The position numbers and the translations under genes are program-made. Below are positions 46,741 to 64,000 of a DNA stretch of 64,000 bases, in pieces. How positions within the stretch are numbered: position 1 is the stretch's first letter; every line of letters starts with the position of its first letter. Below the pieces are notes generated by a model, which saw only the letters and a program-made list of their open reading frames with translations, did no database searches and was not told the origin of the DNA. The stretch is from Marsupella aquatica (Eukaryota > Plantae > Marchantiophyta), in NCBI GenBank assembly GCA_973895155.1, contig OZ316894.1, positions 8,456,234 to 8,520,233 on the forward strand. Reading direction: 5' to 3'.

Positions 46741-49700
46741 TGCCGCGACAGTGGATGTCAAAAGGAGATCAACAAAAACAAGTCAAGAAGTAACGGCCAA
46801 AAAGGTACTTGATTAAGGAAAAGAGGCTGGAACCTCCTAAGTTATGGTGAGGAGAAGTCGACCTCATAAGAGGGAGAGAGCCCAAATCAAGTCAAAAGAG
46901 AACCAAACCAAAATATCAAAGATGCTACTACACATTCAAGAGCAACAATTGTGAGAAGTAGTGGAGGAAGTTACTTTTGGGGAGGAGAATTGATTAAAGT
47001 TGATTCATGGGACACGAATGTTTTTCTTGATTGTTTGTTGATTTTTAGAAGATTTGTTAATGGTAGATTTGAATTGGTGGAAGCCACTTATGATTCTATG
47101 GTTGTCCGGGTGGTTGTCCAACCATCAACTTGTCTATGTTGTACTCTAAACTCTCAAATAGTGTAGTGTGGTGGGTACCATACACTATAAACAAGAAACC
47201 AGTTAGGCACTATTGGTTGCATGTTCAAGGCATTCTCTACCTTGCTTCACAGGTCATTGCCTGACTAGATTATTTCCATAAAATGGAGGGGAATTGAGCC
47301 AATGGCAACTCACAACTTATTTTCTTGGGCTCATGGCCTCAATGAAGAAGTAGAGGTGACCTTCACGATAGGTCACTTGAATGCAAAAGAGTGGGACATT
47401 GAACACCTCAGGATTGGACTTAGTACAGGATTTTCATGGTTCCATGATAATGATAGAGTAAAACAAATACAAACTACATCCCAGTCGTTCTTCAAAACAA
47501 GTACTTAACAATACCTTTAGCTATTTTATGGGGAAAAAATTAAAAGTGCTATTGTTTGGGAATACACATGTACCAACTGCTTAGTGTAGCAATTAGAACA
47601 TGCCACATGGCACCAAATCCCTAATTTTCTTAGACAACTTCATGGAATATGACCATTTAATGAGGGTCTATTGTTCTTTAAGGTGGACCCAAAAATTTAA
47701 CTGACCTTATTTTTCTTCCATAAAAATGTGCAAGTCTTGCTTCAGGACCATTTAAATGACCCTATACTTTGTTGCATATGATGTGGCACTTCCATGGAAG
47801 TGACACCCGGGCCAAGGTTGATCAGGGAAAAAAAGTAGCCAGGGGCTGATCAAACAAAAGTTTTCTGTTTGGGGGTCCACCAAGCATATCCCTTCAAATA
47901 AAACCCAACATATATCAACTAATTGATGAGGTAGAATTTCTCCAAATTTACAATTATGCAAGATTCCAACTAGACCCGTAACCAGAATTATAAGGAATCA
48001 GGGCCAATTAGTTCTCTTTATATTGGTTAGAAATGGTACGTGCCATGCATAAACACTATAGTAAAGGATTCTGCCAAAAATGACATGCCTACAACCCACC
48101 TACAAAATGGCGAGCAAATTGGAGAAAAGATTGATGGGTGCCAATCTTGGCCATTCATGAGTATATGACGCTATTTGCATTGTCAGAATTATCCATCACC
48201 CCTCCTGCCTCACCTATGTGCCTGAGCCACCCTGTGCCTGTTTGCGATGGAAATAATTATATTAAAAAATTTAATTTCATGACCGTTGATTATAATTTTG
48301 ACAATATTGGAAAACATTGAAAAATATTATACACTTATTAAAAGAGTTCAAAACAAAAGAAAAACTAGAATTAAAAAAAAACTTAATCCTCCTGAATTTT
48401 CCAGGATGTGCTTGGACTCCACCATGCTGTACCCACCGTCATGCATCTTGCATCCCCTCACATTGTCCTTCCCAACAAACACTTTCACAATTTACAATAA
48501 CATTGACCAAAATGATAACATTTCCGCAACAGCAACCACCCAACCTTGAGGTCCTCACTTATTTTCTTCTAAAGCATCACGGACGAAGAAGTATAAGATT
48601 CTTTGAATGGTTTAGTGTAAGACTGATTAATTTTGGAAGAAGATTAGGGTGTTTTAATCCAATTCTGAGAAAGTTAAGGATTGAATACATGATGAAATTC
48701 TTTATTGAACATGACTGAAGATTATTGAACTCTCTTCAATTTATGATTATATTTTCATTACTTTGTTTATATCTACCCGTGTAGTCTCCTTGCGCATAGT
48801 TAAGGTTTGCATTGTGTGGGCGTTGAATAACATGGCCTCACATGTGTATTTAAGCCTCGATTTAAGCATCTTACTCAATATGTCTTTGACTATTCTATTT
48901 TCTGACATAATTGTATACCAGTAAGCAATTGCATCTTGAACATCATGTCTTTTACTACTTTCTGTGCCCTAAACCCCCAAAAGCTTGTCAAAAAGGGCAT
49001 ACAATTTTGCCAGAATTGGTGAGATTTTAACAAATTAGTTCAAGGACCCCTTGGTTACGTAAGCTTGTTTTATTGAACTATTTTGAGTTACAAAGAGTTG
49101 TTCATTGGAATAGATAAATGAGAGGACAAAGATTCAATTGAGTATTCTAAATGAAGTGAATTGGTAGTTAGGCCATATTTCATTGAAGACAAATAGGAGT
49201 AGTACATTAATTCAGGTAATACCAAGGGTAACTCTCCATGCAAAATGTTTCCCTTAGTACCTCTATGTCTACACAATACATGTAACATTCCATATAATAG
49301 TTGAGATATGCAAAATATTACTTTGTCCATAGTAGTTGAAAGTTCTTAGAGTCTCTTTGTATTCTTCTACCTATAGTAGTTATGGTGTTTCTTATCTTTG
49401 CTTGTTACTCCTCTACCCATATATAGTACCCAAAGGGTTTCTTAAGTTACTCTTAGAGAAGTTGAAAAATTATTGGGTTTCTTATGTTATCTTGGAAATG
49501 TTAGAGTAGTTGAAGAGTTTCATTCTACTTGTCATTATTTCTAAATGTGTTAAATAGAAAATTGAAACAAATTATCCAAAAACACCGATACATCAATCAT
49601 AATTCATCCAAAGATTATGTTTGTTCACCTTTATTTTACCCTTTCCTTTGTTTACTTGAAATGTTACTTTTCAGTTTTTCATTGTTTTTACAGTTACAGG

Positions 49701-51639
49701 GTCTAACTATTTTTCTTTGCCTTGCTTCAAAACATAACTAGTCCCTGAATTTGGTTCTTCTTGCATAACTAACGGTTCTTGTGTGTGACAAATCATGCTG
49801 ATGTGGCTGCATGTGCATCCAGGAATTTTGGAAGGAACTTCCCATGGGGGTCCGTAATGATAAAACCTTTTAGTCCCATTTGAGATCAAAATCAGGATTC
49901 CAAGCAAATGCCCGGAAAAACTGTTTGTTAATAGCACAAACCCAAATTTGACAATATGTCAATTTTGTTGACTTCCAACATAAAACCAGGAAAAAGACGA
50001 AAACAAAGGTCCCCAAAATGGATTGCTAGTTTGTTAAAAATTGTAATTAGAAAAGACCAAAGCAGGCCATTTCCAAAGATTCACCATATGACAGGGAAAG
50101 AGTTCCCGAATGAGTTATGCCATGGTTGACCAGAAGTTACTTCACAATTCAACTCAGTTATCTCATAGTTACTCAAAGTTAGCTCAACGATGTTACTGTG
50201 ATAGGGGTAACATAATAACAATGGGCAACCATGAAATAGCTAAGTGTAACTTGATAACTGTCCATGAAGGTGAATAATTTGTTTTGTAAAATAAGCTTTG
50301 TATATGTTTAATATTAAGATATTTGTTACTCATCAGATCGTTTCCTGCTGAGTATGGATGTCAATGACATTGAATTTTTGACTGACTTTGCAAGTGAAGA
50401 AAGGGTCTGAACCAACGTGTCAGGACTCCCATTTCATATGACACTAGCCCAATGTCTGCACATTGCACAAATGAATTGTTGTTGGGGAAGCATGTTTGCA
50501 CAAAAACTTTGCCACTGTGGAGAGTTTGTCCTAGTGGAAGGCGTTGTTTTTGTGAAAATGTTGTCATTTGATGTGGATATATGGCTGCAAGGTGAAAACA
50601 TGTAGAGGTTGTCACATGATGCAGAGGACTGCAAGTTATAAACAAGGGACAAAACCATAAATGGCAGAAAGCAATTTCATGAACCCCACTTTTTTCTTAT
50701 CTCCCCGGCCTTCGATTTTTTTTCCTTCCCTTCCCATGTCCCCTTTCTTACCTTTTCAGCTCGTCTTTCCTCAGTTCCCCTCCCTGCCACCCCTCCTGCT
50801 CCTACTCTGGACAAAAGAAAATATGGAAACTGGGTGCATGCAACATGTTGTCTACCTGCAATGTGGCAGTTGACATAGAAGGATGTGGGTCACCAAAAGT
50901 GTCAAGTGCCAGTGCATTGCAAAAGGGTCCAATAACCCCTAGCAAAGGGAGGGCAAAATCATCTATTAGAACCAACAGTAAAAATAAAACTCCATGCAAT
51001 AGAAGAATATGTCAGGTAATGCAAAATAGATAAATTGAAGATAACAAAAAGTAAATTTGGAATGGGGGCCAAAAAGATAACGTGGGAGGTATAATCACCC
51101 ACCCTCGCCAATTTGCTACCACCCCAATACGCAAAATAAAATTCCACCCACCTCCAAGAAAGCAGGCACCGTCGGAGGGGGTAAAAAGCTGAATTAACCA
51201 AAACGAAACCCCACCTAGCCAAACATCTCTCACTCTTGCTATATACTAGGGTAAACTACAATTAGCTGCACTAGAAAGTATGTATCCAATGGCATACAGC
51301 ACACGGCATATAGTAAAGCAAGCAAGTGTACCTTGGAAACTAGAAGCGAACACATCCCCTAGGACACCGCATTTCAGTCAATTTAAAATGTAGAAAAAGA
51401 CTGTAAAAAAGCCAAAGGGGGTCGGAAAACCTGGAGTGTAATTTTCTTCTCAGAATTTAAACGGGTGTCCACCAACAACTAAAAGCTTAGCAAAGCCATT
51501 GATTGGAACGGGTCTCCTTCCTCGTTCCCCAAACTCATTTGCTTGGCCTTTACTCTTTTCCTTGTTGGCCACTTGTTTGGTCTCTTTGATTTTGTACTTC
51601 TTAGCGTTTTTCTTTGCGGTTATTTCACGTCAGGCTTTG

Positions 51640-51960
51640 TCCTTTCTCTTAAAGTGCCACTAGCCATATACAAGGGAAGTGTCCAAGACTTCCTTTTTCA
51701 CATTCCACTCATTTTTGTCCCTTTCTCTTAAAAGTATCCTTTCTCTTAAAGTGCCTACCCATATAAAAGGGTGAAGTGTCCAAAACTTCTCACTTTTTAA
51801 CATTACACTCATTTTTGTCCCTTTCTCTTAAAAGAAGCCTTTCTCTTAAATGGCCACTAGCCATATAAAAGGGGCAATTGTCCAATGAATCTGACTTTTT
51901 CACATTCCAGTCATTCTTCTCCTCTATAGTGCCATTTTTCTCCACAATTTTGGGAAAATA
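51640..51960. repeat. Three degenerate ~100-bp repeats, with a further partial copy near 52930
   Basis: TTTCTCTTAAA..GCC..TAGCCATATA.AAGGG...TGTCCAA repeated. Confidence 0.6.
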
Positions 51961-54735
51961 GTAATGTTTATGGTGAAACTTGGTGGCTCCAGATTTTGTC
52001 ATGCATGGCTAGTGGTAAAAGAAGCCTAGATAAACCTCCATGTTTGCCAAAATGCTCAAATAAACTCTTGCAAGTGAGATGGGCTGCACAAAAGTAACCT
52101 TTTTCTGGCCAGATGATACAAATTACATTGGGAAGTGAAAAGTAAAAAGACCAAGATACTCATCTGGCGGCACGTCTGAATTAGAAGGCCTTACACTATT
52201 TATTACCCTGGCAATCATTTCTACCCATTTGCATGTAGGTTTTTGGGGTGCTACACCCCGTCTTTGACCACTTCTTATGATCTTGTGCGGTTCTTTATGT
52301 CCAGCAGAGGCCTTATCCACCAGTGCCCATCAGCACCACCTTTTGTTGACAGCAGGTGTGGGTTGCACTCCAATGAACTCAGCCATTTACTATTCGTCCT
52401 AGGGGTGAGGCAGTTGGTGTAGAGCACCTAGTCAGGTTCTGGTCAGGTTCCCTATGCACTTCACTCCATGATAGCTCTACCAGGCTCTTCAGTTATCCTA
52501 AAGATAGGGTCAAATGGCCTTTTTCTTTGTTGGGTTTTTGGTGGCCTCCCCTTGATTGGGCCTTATGCATGTGGGACCCTGTTTGGGTGCACCTCTTGTT
52601 CTTTTGCAGTGTAATAATACATTCTACTAGCTCTCTCAATCTTTAATACAAGTTGATTATACCAGGCTTGATTGACAGACTTTTTCATGGGACTTCTAGC
52701 AAAAAACTCTCAATTCTTCATGAAAGCTGGCTATATTAGGGCGTCTCAAAGCCTGGCCTTAACAATATAAAGCTCTCCCGTAACTGACATGGTGATGGTT
52801 GTTGCATTTGAGGTGGAGGCTGATCAAGAATCAAGGAAAAATGAAATTTGCTATGAAACAGAGGTGAGGCCATACTCCTTCCTTATGGGGCAGGTGCTAC
52901 ATTTTTAAAATTTCCTTAAACCACAACTTCCCCTATATAAGGGGAAGTGTCCAAGACCTCCTACTTTTTCACATTTCAAATCATTGTTCTCCTCTAGCAT
53001 GCTAGTTTGCTCCACAATTTCAGGAAAAATTTACTTTTAATGGTAACTACGGGTAACCCGTAGCTTTTGAAGGGCAGTTGTGCTTTACCTAGGTCCCATA
53101 ACCAAAGTTACATGATGGACCACAAACCCATAACTTTTAATAATGACTGGGCTTTGAGACGCCATACTAGACTACAGTAGTTGGCAAGAGCTTTCCAGGG
53201 TGCTTCTAACTAACTTTCGAAGAACACATTCCTTTGCATAACTATAACTATAACTGTATAATGGCATTAGAAAACTACTCTCATGACTTTATTGTCTATA
53301 GTGAAACCTCTAGACCCAGATTCTGGGGGTAAGGGTGCATGCAGAAAACAAGGATTGCAGGCAATTCATTGATGAAAACTAGAAGTAGATATTATTTTTT
53401 GGCAAAGTTTTTTTGTCTTCACTTCTATTTGCATTCAAAGATTGGAGTCAGGCTAATCAAGATGGAAATTGAAGATCTTTGATGATAAAAATTATAGGAA
53501 ACTAGAAAGATGTGAGTGAATGACAGTGTACAGGGTGTCAAGTCCGTGGAATTGTGTGGTTCACAAGCTCGGTCCATGCTGGCTTCAGATTCGTCCTTGC
53601 AGTAAGCTATTGGTCATTGGAAAGAAAATAAAACGGAAGGGAATAATAGTTTGTCTTATCAGGCATTCTTTCGAGCGGCCAGCAACTCGCTTCAAATCAG
53701 TGAAAGCCTTCATGCTTCGGTTCAAAGACATGATGCAACTGGACGAGATTGCCGAGGGACAAGATTGCATTGCGGGAGGTTGAGCGCCCACTGCAATCCG
53801 CCCACTGCTTGGGCGCCACGCCCACTGTCGACCCACGCCAAAACTCGACTTTCTCCAGCAGGAGGCGCTTCAACTTGGCGGCGAAGCTTTCACTAAGTAA
53901 CACTTGGCGCGTCGCCAACTGATCTCCAATCCAATCCGTGGCGAAACGATGCAGGTATTTAATTTAAGAAGGTGATACATAGTCAGCGCCTACCGCAGTC
54001 CGACAGATTCCCCGTCCCGTTTTTATGGTGCGCCTCGCTCCTCACGTGCAAATTTTGGTCGTGGTTTTCTTTCTGCCCTGTCCGAGGAGACTAGGAGAGA
54101 CTACTGTAGGTCTCACCGAGAACAGCGGACAACAGTAGTAGTAAGTAGTGTAATACGTATCTCGGCCACAAAGAAATGCGTCAATTTCTTTCACACACAC
54201 TTTCGAACTCCCGGGGCCCGGACAGGTTCGGGCTCGGGTTCGGGCTGGGGTGGGACGGGACGGGAGTCGGGAGCAGATCCAAACGTGATCGAGGGGACAT
54301 CCCTGCGACCCTGACGTAACGCAAATCAGATAGACCCCTAGGAGAGTGTGTAGTGAGTTGTGTAGCAAGATGTTCTTATTCCGGATGGAGGAGGCGGGGC
54401 CGGGGCATTATTAGGACTGATGAGTGACCTTCTCGTCTTGTCGTCGAGGAGGCAGGCAGGCAGGTCAGGTGATCATGGTTGGACGGTTCGACTCCTTTCT
54501 TTGCTCTCTCAGGATGGAGAAAGGAAGTGCTCAGCACATTGAGGTCGACGCTGGTTCTGAGGAGGCCGCACGAGCAGCAGCAGCATCGGACGGGAAGAAA
54601 TGCAGTGGTAGTCCAGCAGTAGTAGGGCAGCGGGCGCATGGAACGAGCGGAGACGAAGACTGAACGCCTTAGATAGAAATCATGGAGATCGATAGTAGCC
54701 ACAACGGTTGTGGCGAGGTATAAGCTCGTGGAACT

Positions 54736-57566
54736 ATGAGAATCCGGAAACGCCATGCACTGGTTGTGGACGCTCGTCCCCAACCGACGAGGTCTCCTCT
54801 CTCGGCTGTGAAGAATGGCAACGAGGACGAGCATTTTGTAGGTCAGCAGCACAACTGTACATGTTGCTCCCGGTTGAGGAGATTGGAGAACGGGGAGCTT
54901 GAAAATGCGTTCGAACGAGAGAGTGGCGAAGCGAGCAATCGATTTGCGAATGCAGTGCCGCTCGCCGATAAGAATCGGGTAGGTCGCAGGGATCGATTGT
55001 CTGCTTCAGCACACCATAGACCTGACCGGGAATGACGGAGTCTGTTGCATGCCGATGAACTGCACTGTCTAATTTACCAACAGTTTCACAGCTTTTTACG
55101 ACGATAAGCGAGAAACCTGAACTTCTCACTTTAGAATGTACGAGTCAGTTGCCACGCTGGAGGACATTCCTTTGAATATTTCAGAACGATCGGGGTAACG
55201 ATATCTACCGACCATTCGTTTGCAGGTTCCTCTTCCCGCAACGCGATATGTGCGAGCGGAAACGCCATCGTCACACGGAGAGAGGTTCCGGGGACGTTCG
55301 GGGAGTGCTTCTCCGGAAGATTGCTACCACTCAGAGGTTTGGAACGATTGATTATGTGCTGGGATCGAAGTTAGGTGATTTGAGTTTTATGCATTTCTGT
55401 GGAGGCCATCGTTTTTCAATTAAACTATTTCACAGTGTCATCTCTCGATGATTATCTCAATTTTGAGCCAACTGCCTCAGTTTTCACTGTCTCCACCGAG
55501 AAGCCCAAGGGATTGCACAATTATGCAACAGTGCTCCAAGTATGTTTAATGTATTTACGGTGTTCTAGATCGTGGAAAATTCTTCCGAGAAGCGTGATGT
55601 AGGACACATTGTAAATGGAATTGTCTCTGACCAAATCACGCCTGTGTCCCCTCATACACGATTCCATCAGTTGAACATCGCGAATAGCTGTGCATTACAT
55701 TCTTATTTTCATCTAGCTTTAGTCATCTGTAACTTTACATCAAACCCGCTGTCGTTGAATATTCTTACTGCTAAGTTTATCGTACCCTGAAGAGTCAAGG
55801 TTGCAAGCTGTGTATTTATGAGGGACTTGCACACCTTAAATATATTCCCTTAGAAGAGCTTTTGGAACTCTCGTACAGTCATTGTAGTTTTGATCATCAC
55901 AGCTTAATCCAAGAGCAACAGCCGTGCACATATATCTGACCTGACATATTTTTGCTCAGACGAGCTCGTGGAACTTTCGTACAATCAATCGTAGTACTTT
56001 TGACTATCCAGGGTTGATCCAAGGGTGATGGCTATGCAGATTTGGAAGGAGTGTAAATACTGAGAGATTGTTTGGAAAAATATCTAATATGAGATTACGC
56101 CACTATTAGTAATTGTGGCTAGTTCTATTCCTCACAGGTCATTGATGCTGAGGAGAAGGAATCAAATGCAGCCACGACAATGGACCTGTTGAGAAGCTTG
56201 GGGAGGTACACTGGCTTGCTACCGTCTGTACGTGTGTGCTGTATTGATCCAAAAGCATGCTTAATTGAGTATTTGTTTTGATAACCGAAACCTTTGGCTC
56301 ATGAAAGCTTGCTATCAGCTACTGTAGCGAATGGTAGGATTTATATTGTTTAGCACCGCTCAGCAGCGCGTCACATTATCTATCACACAAGAGTGGTCGA
56401 CGACAGGTGCACTGAATCTGTTAGCGTTCTTGAATGTCCTTTTGGACCGATGACTGTCGGAGAATACGGTTATTGAAGACTATATCATTGAGTGCTACTG
56501 ACGAGCCGTTCCTTTCCCGAAGCATTTTCGCCCGCTTTTTCATTGTTTCATTCCCACATTAAGGTATGCTGCTAATCAGTTATCGTCTTTCAGGGTTCGA
56601 AGCACCGAACCAATTATTACGGCTAACGGTACACGGGAATATAACAATGGGCAACTCCATGGTTCGGAGGGAGACGTGAATCATCCGGGTAACAAACCTA
56701 AGGAGTCCCTTCTCTACTCGCTGTACTGTGTATTCTCAAAACTCTCCGGCAAGGCGGTGCTTACGGCAAGGGAGGCCCTCTCTAGAATTATAGACGAGCG
56801 CCTTCCCGGATTGGATGAGGAGACAGGGCTCCCGAGTGTTCAAGTTGCTAGAGTCATGCGAAGTAATCCTTACTTTGTGCATCTCGAATGTGGAAAATTC
56901 TTCTTATGCAGTGCTCCTTCTTCTTCGGATAGTAAAGTATACCCTGACTCGCCGGAGGATTTCGTAGACAGCGAGCAGCCAACGAGATCTACGAGTCCAG
57001 TCTTCCAGTCGAAGATTATCCGTCGGAACTCCTTCACCAAGGCGGAGGGTTCGAAAGAAAAGCATCACCATCAACAACGGCGCTCTAGCAACATCGAAGC
57101 AAAACGGACCAAGAGACCGAGGAGCAAGGATGTGGCTATCATTAACGTGGACGGAACTGTTGGGAAGACGAAAAGTAGATCCAGCGGTTCCCAACCATTA
57201 CGGCAACAGAAGGCTCTGAAGGCGCAGAATTACACTTCCGAAGAAGGCAATTATGGTACTGATCCAGTTGAACACATCTGCAAGAGATATGACGGACGGG
57301 GTTGGAAATGCCACGAGATTGCTCTGCCAGGATATTCAATGTGCCGTCACCACCATGATCTTATTGTCAATCGTTTGGCTCGGCTTAGAAGCAGTGGCAG
57401 ATTAGGGTCCACAAAGTCCGGCAAGAGGCGGAAAGACAGTGCTAAGCCATTGAAGGAAGGGCCCGCTGTGATCAATGAAGGGGAAATCTCCGTTAACAAC
57501 GAGCAGAATGAGGGATACTGGTTTAAGAATGTCAAGGCGCGTTCTCTAAAGTCCATAAATAACTGA
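54736..57566 (+). CDS. Host gene: WRC zinc-finger protein with a winged-helix-like domain (predicted exons ~54736-54978, 55226-55336, 56138-56205, 56594-57566)
   Basis: CKRYDGRGWKC..ALPGYSMCRHH fits the WRC C3H motif; LTAREALSRIIDERLPGL..VARVMRSNPYF resembles a HARE-type HTH. Splice phases are compatible; the 5' exons are less certain. Confidence 0.72.
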
Positions 57567-58129
57567 CAAGGCGCGCTCTCTAAAATCCATTGATAAATAA
57601 CTGACATTCTTTTCTATACCACCGCACCGGGATGACGTTTAATTTTCGATCTTTTGTTAGGCATGATTCTATCAATATTCAATCCTTCAGCACACATTGC
57701 GAACGAATCTCTGAGTGAATAAGGTTACCGGGTCTTCGTCAGGGAGCTTGGGAAGAGAGAATCGATGCCAAGCTAATACTCATCGGGAGTATGCATCGTC
57801 GGCAATCTGTTCTTTTTGGAAGTTGAGGGTCTAAACTTTGAATTAATACCCCGGGTAAGGAGAAAAAGATAGAGCCAAGGCTAGTATGCTTGATTGAAAC
57901 GCTCTTCCGAGAAACTCATGAGTAAAATGATTTATGCGAGTTAAGTGATTTATGTTTCTAGTTGAGTACAATTTATTTCGAATCGTAGTTGGAGGAATCA
58001 ATACAAAAATTTACGTGCTTTAATTTATAAATCTTTTCTCTTTTACAAGTGTCCATTGGATAATGCAAAACTTGTTCTAATTCATAAATCTTTTCTCTTT
58101 TACAAGTGTACATTAGATAATGCAAAATG

Positions 58130-59150
58130 TTTTTTTACTTGTTTCTATTATTTTATCAATATAATAAACTAATTTTTATGGTTTATTTTTAGATCTATAA
58201 TTTTTTAATCTTTGATAATAATCTAAAATAAATAAAAATATATTATTTTAATTTATAATTATTTTAAAAGTTTATTTTAAAGTTTATATGTAAATTTTAA
58301 ATTATTTATATATTTTTTTCTTTTAATTTAATTAAAAATAAATAAAAATATATTATTTTAAATCATAATTATTTTAAAAATATTTATAAATTATTTTAAT
58401 TTATTAAATTATAATATAATTATTAAATTATATTATTTTGATTTATAATATATAAATTATTTTAATATAAATTATTTTAATTTATAATAATATAATTTTT
58501 TTATATATTAATTTATAATTATTTATTATTTATTAATTTATAATTATTTATTATATATTAATATATAATTATATTTTAAATCTTTCAAATATAAAATTTA
58601 ATTTTTTATAAATATATTTATTTAAAATTATATAAAAATTTGAAAGATTTTTTGAATATAATTTTATATTTATATTTTAAAAATTTATATAATAATATTA
58701 TAATAAATGATAATTAGTTTTTAGTAAATTTATTTTAATTTATTTAATATAATTACTAGGAAAAAAGTAAAAATTTAATATTATTTATTTTTAATATAAA
58801 AATTTATTTTTAATATTAAAAATTGTTTATTTTATTGTATTTAAATATTTTAATTTTAATAAATTTAATAAATTTAATAATCTTATTATTAATAAATTAT
58901 TATATAAAAAATTAATAAATTAAAAAAATATTTTTAATTAAAAAAATTAGATAGATTGTATAATAAATTGAATAAATTTTGATATTTTAAATATTTAAAA
59001 AATTAATCAAAAATTTTTATAAAATAAAAATTGTTTCTAAAGAAAAAAATGCATTTCTAAATTGACATTTGAATACCATCTATCTATAATTTATGATATT
59101 CAAAAATTAAAAAAACTAAATTTTAACACTCTATTAAAAAACAAAAAACA
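58130..59150. repeat. Extremely AT-rich low-complexity block
   Basis: About 1 kb almost devoid of G/C, with degenerate TTATTTTA/ATAAT repeats. Confidence 0.9.
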
Positions 59151-60627
59151 CAATTCTGTCACAAATTAACATTTGACTAACACAATATTCCCTATAGGTT
59201 ACAATAGTCCATCCTAACATCATCATATCACACTTTTCAGCCTATGAGAGTTTTGGTTTCACAATGGCCCATTAAAGTTCAGAATAATAATTTTAGGAGA
59301 GGGATCTGAAAAGCAAAATGCTTAGATGGCCCCAACGTGCGGGAAGTCGAGAAGTCGGAGAGCATTATGGCTCATTTTAGTGCGTCAGATTTGTTGTTTC
59401 GAGGACGTCAGCGGTTCGGCGGAGTCACAATAATCTTACTGACGAGAAGTTTTTGCAGATCTTCACCGCCATGGATGCACATACAGCAACGTCTTCCTCA
59501 TGCTTCACAATGGAGGAACCCATTCTTACGCCCACTTTTTTGCTTCCGCGATCCATTTCAACGACAGGAAAGTTGGTCTGAAGCCTGAAATGTAGATTCA
59601 GATCAAGTGACTTGAAGTGCGTCGAATGATGTCTTTTGAGCTCGGGTCAGTGAGATTACTTGAGTTTCGTGAGTTCAAGTGACTTGCATTGAACAGAATT
59701 GAGCGAGATCGGTGAGACGAGTTGAGTGAGTTATCAAATGACTTGAATTGAATGAGCGCAATGGAGTTCATTGAGTTTGAGTTGAGTTGAGTTAATTTGA
59801 GCTTTACAGTTTGTGGGACTTACGACGACTTTGATCAGGTTTAGACTGGAATCCCTGATAATCACGAAAAGTTGAAAACGATCCGTCTTGAATGAGCAGA
59901 GATCAGCGGTGGGCTCGCACTTACACAATGCTTTAGCAGAAATGTATAAAAGCAATGCAGTACAATCTAAGGAAAGTAACATGAGCGCTGCCCAGATTGG
60001 TGGAGTTGTTCGACTCCCGAATGGAGTGCGGCACGTTCGAGAAAGACCTCTACAACTTGCCTGAGATCGACCGTGGGACAGGGAGGACTTGGTCGCCCCA
60101 GCAAGCGAGGTAGCCTATACTGTCTCCAATCTGATGGTTCCGGATGATTGATTTGATTTGCTCCAACTCAGCCTTGTTGACGAGTGTGCATAAATGGCTG
60201 ATCATGCTGACTCGTTTGTAGTACTGTTAATGGCTCACTGAAGAAGAGTCGAGTTGTATGGCAGCTACATCCAATAGTGTTGCGCACTTGGCTGACTGGG
60301 AATTCAGGGAGCGTTAGGGTCTATCGGCCCCGAGGATGCAAGAATAGGCTGATGTAAATTAAAGTCCAGTCGCTTTCGTTTTTGCCTTGAAACTTCAGCA
60401 CAAAGAAGTCCACTCACTTCTGTACTTAATGCCAGTCATCCTTTCGGACAGTTTTTATACTCGTTATGAGTAAGTGTTCTCCTTAGAACTCGTCTAGTTT
60501 ATCTCCTTCTATCATGAACCTTTCGTATCTCCGTGGCTGTTTTATTCAATTATTGGCTCAGATTGCCCTTTTGGATCCCCGTGGACATTGATTTATTCAT
60601 TGCTACTCCTGGAGGTTCTTCACAACT

Positions 60628-63541
<2,914 letters not shown>

Positions 63542-64000
63542 TAGAGTTCCACCTCCAAAAAACTTCTAATTTCTTTGCTGCAAAACATACACACAAACAT
63601 TTATTCGGAACGTCCAATAGGATGCAATCGTTTTTTGGCAATGTGTAACCTTGGTAAATGCTTTTCAAAAAGTAGATTCCCAAGTTCATTATTTGTTTAA
63701 GATGTTTGTCATTGATGCCATATAAATGGTTGCTAATATGAAAACTTGAAACTGTGGAACCATCATTCTCTGTCTGTATGAAATAAAAGGTTCTGATCTA
63801 GAAGATTGTATGGAGCCGTAACTATGTCCTTCAAATTTTCAATTCTACATTTTTATGACTGGCATAATAATTCATTTTTCAGCAGATCGCACAGTAAATA
63901 TAAATCAGTAGGAGATATGCTCCTTTCAATACGATTTGAGTCTCGAGAACGACTTCCTATTGTGACGGCAGAGTCTCAGCTAAACAAAGCAGCTCCTATG

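Noticed and set aside
46740-53500. Many short ORFs and probable TE remnants
   Set aside because: No recognisable domains, termini or TSDs that I could support

Overview
Eukaryotic DNA, most likely from a non-seed land plant (bryophyte/liverwort-like; inferred from GT-AG introns, TATA boxes, plant-type retroelements, a WRC-domain gene and an OPR pseudogene). The first ~47 kb is a nest of transposable elements. In order: a 5'-truncated Ty3/Gypsy element (minus strand); a LINE 3' end; and a ~20.2 kb DNA transposon (10823-31035). That transposon has 35-bp terminal inverted repeats (TIRs), a 4-bp CCTC target-site duplication (TSD) and a Sola-like (DUF7869-type) DDD transposase. Its cargo is a spliced ParB-like/beta-class DNA amino-methyltransferase fusion, a ULP1 SUMO-protease remnant, an F-box-like ORF and a tandem pair of ~70-aa ORFs, and its introns carry arrays of GGGATAC-N3-GTATCCC palindromes. 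A second, strongly diverged relative follows at ~32-43.5 kb with the same transposase type, a ParB/MTase-like gene and the small-ORF pair, plus an FCP1-like phosphatase and a different repeated motif. Both DNA elements are interrupted by retroelement segments that look like 3-4.7 kb LTRs with long internal ORFs. The last ~10 kb holds a host WRC/winged-helix gene, an extremely AT-rich block and a 12-oxophytodienoate reductase pseudogene. All family assignments come from motif recognition by eye, not database searches.
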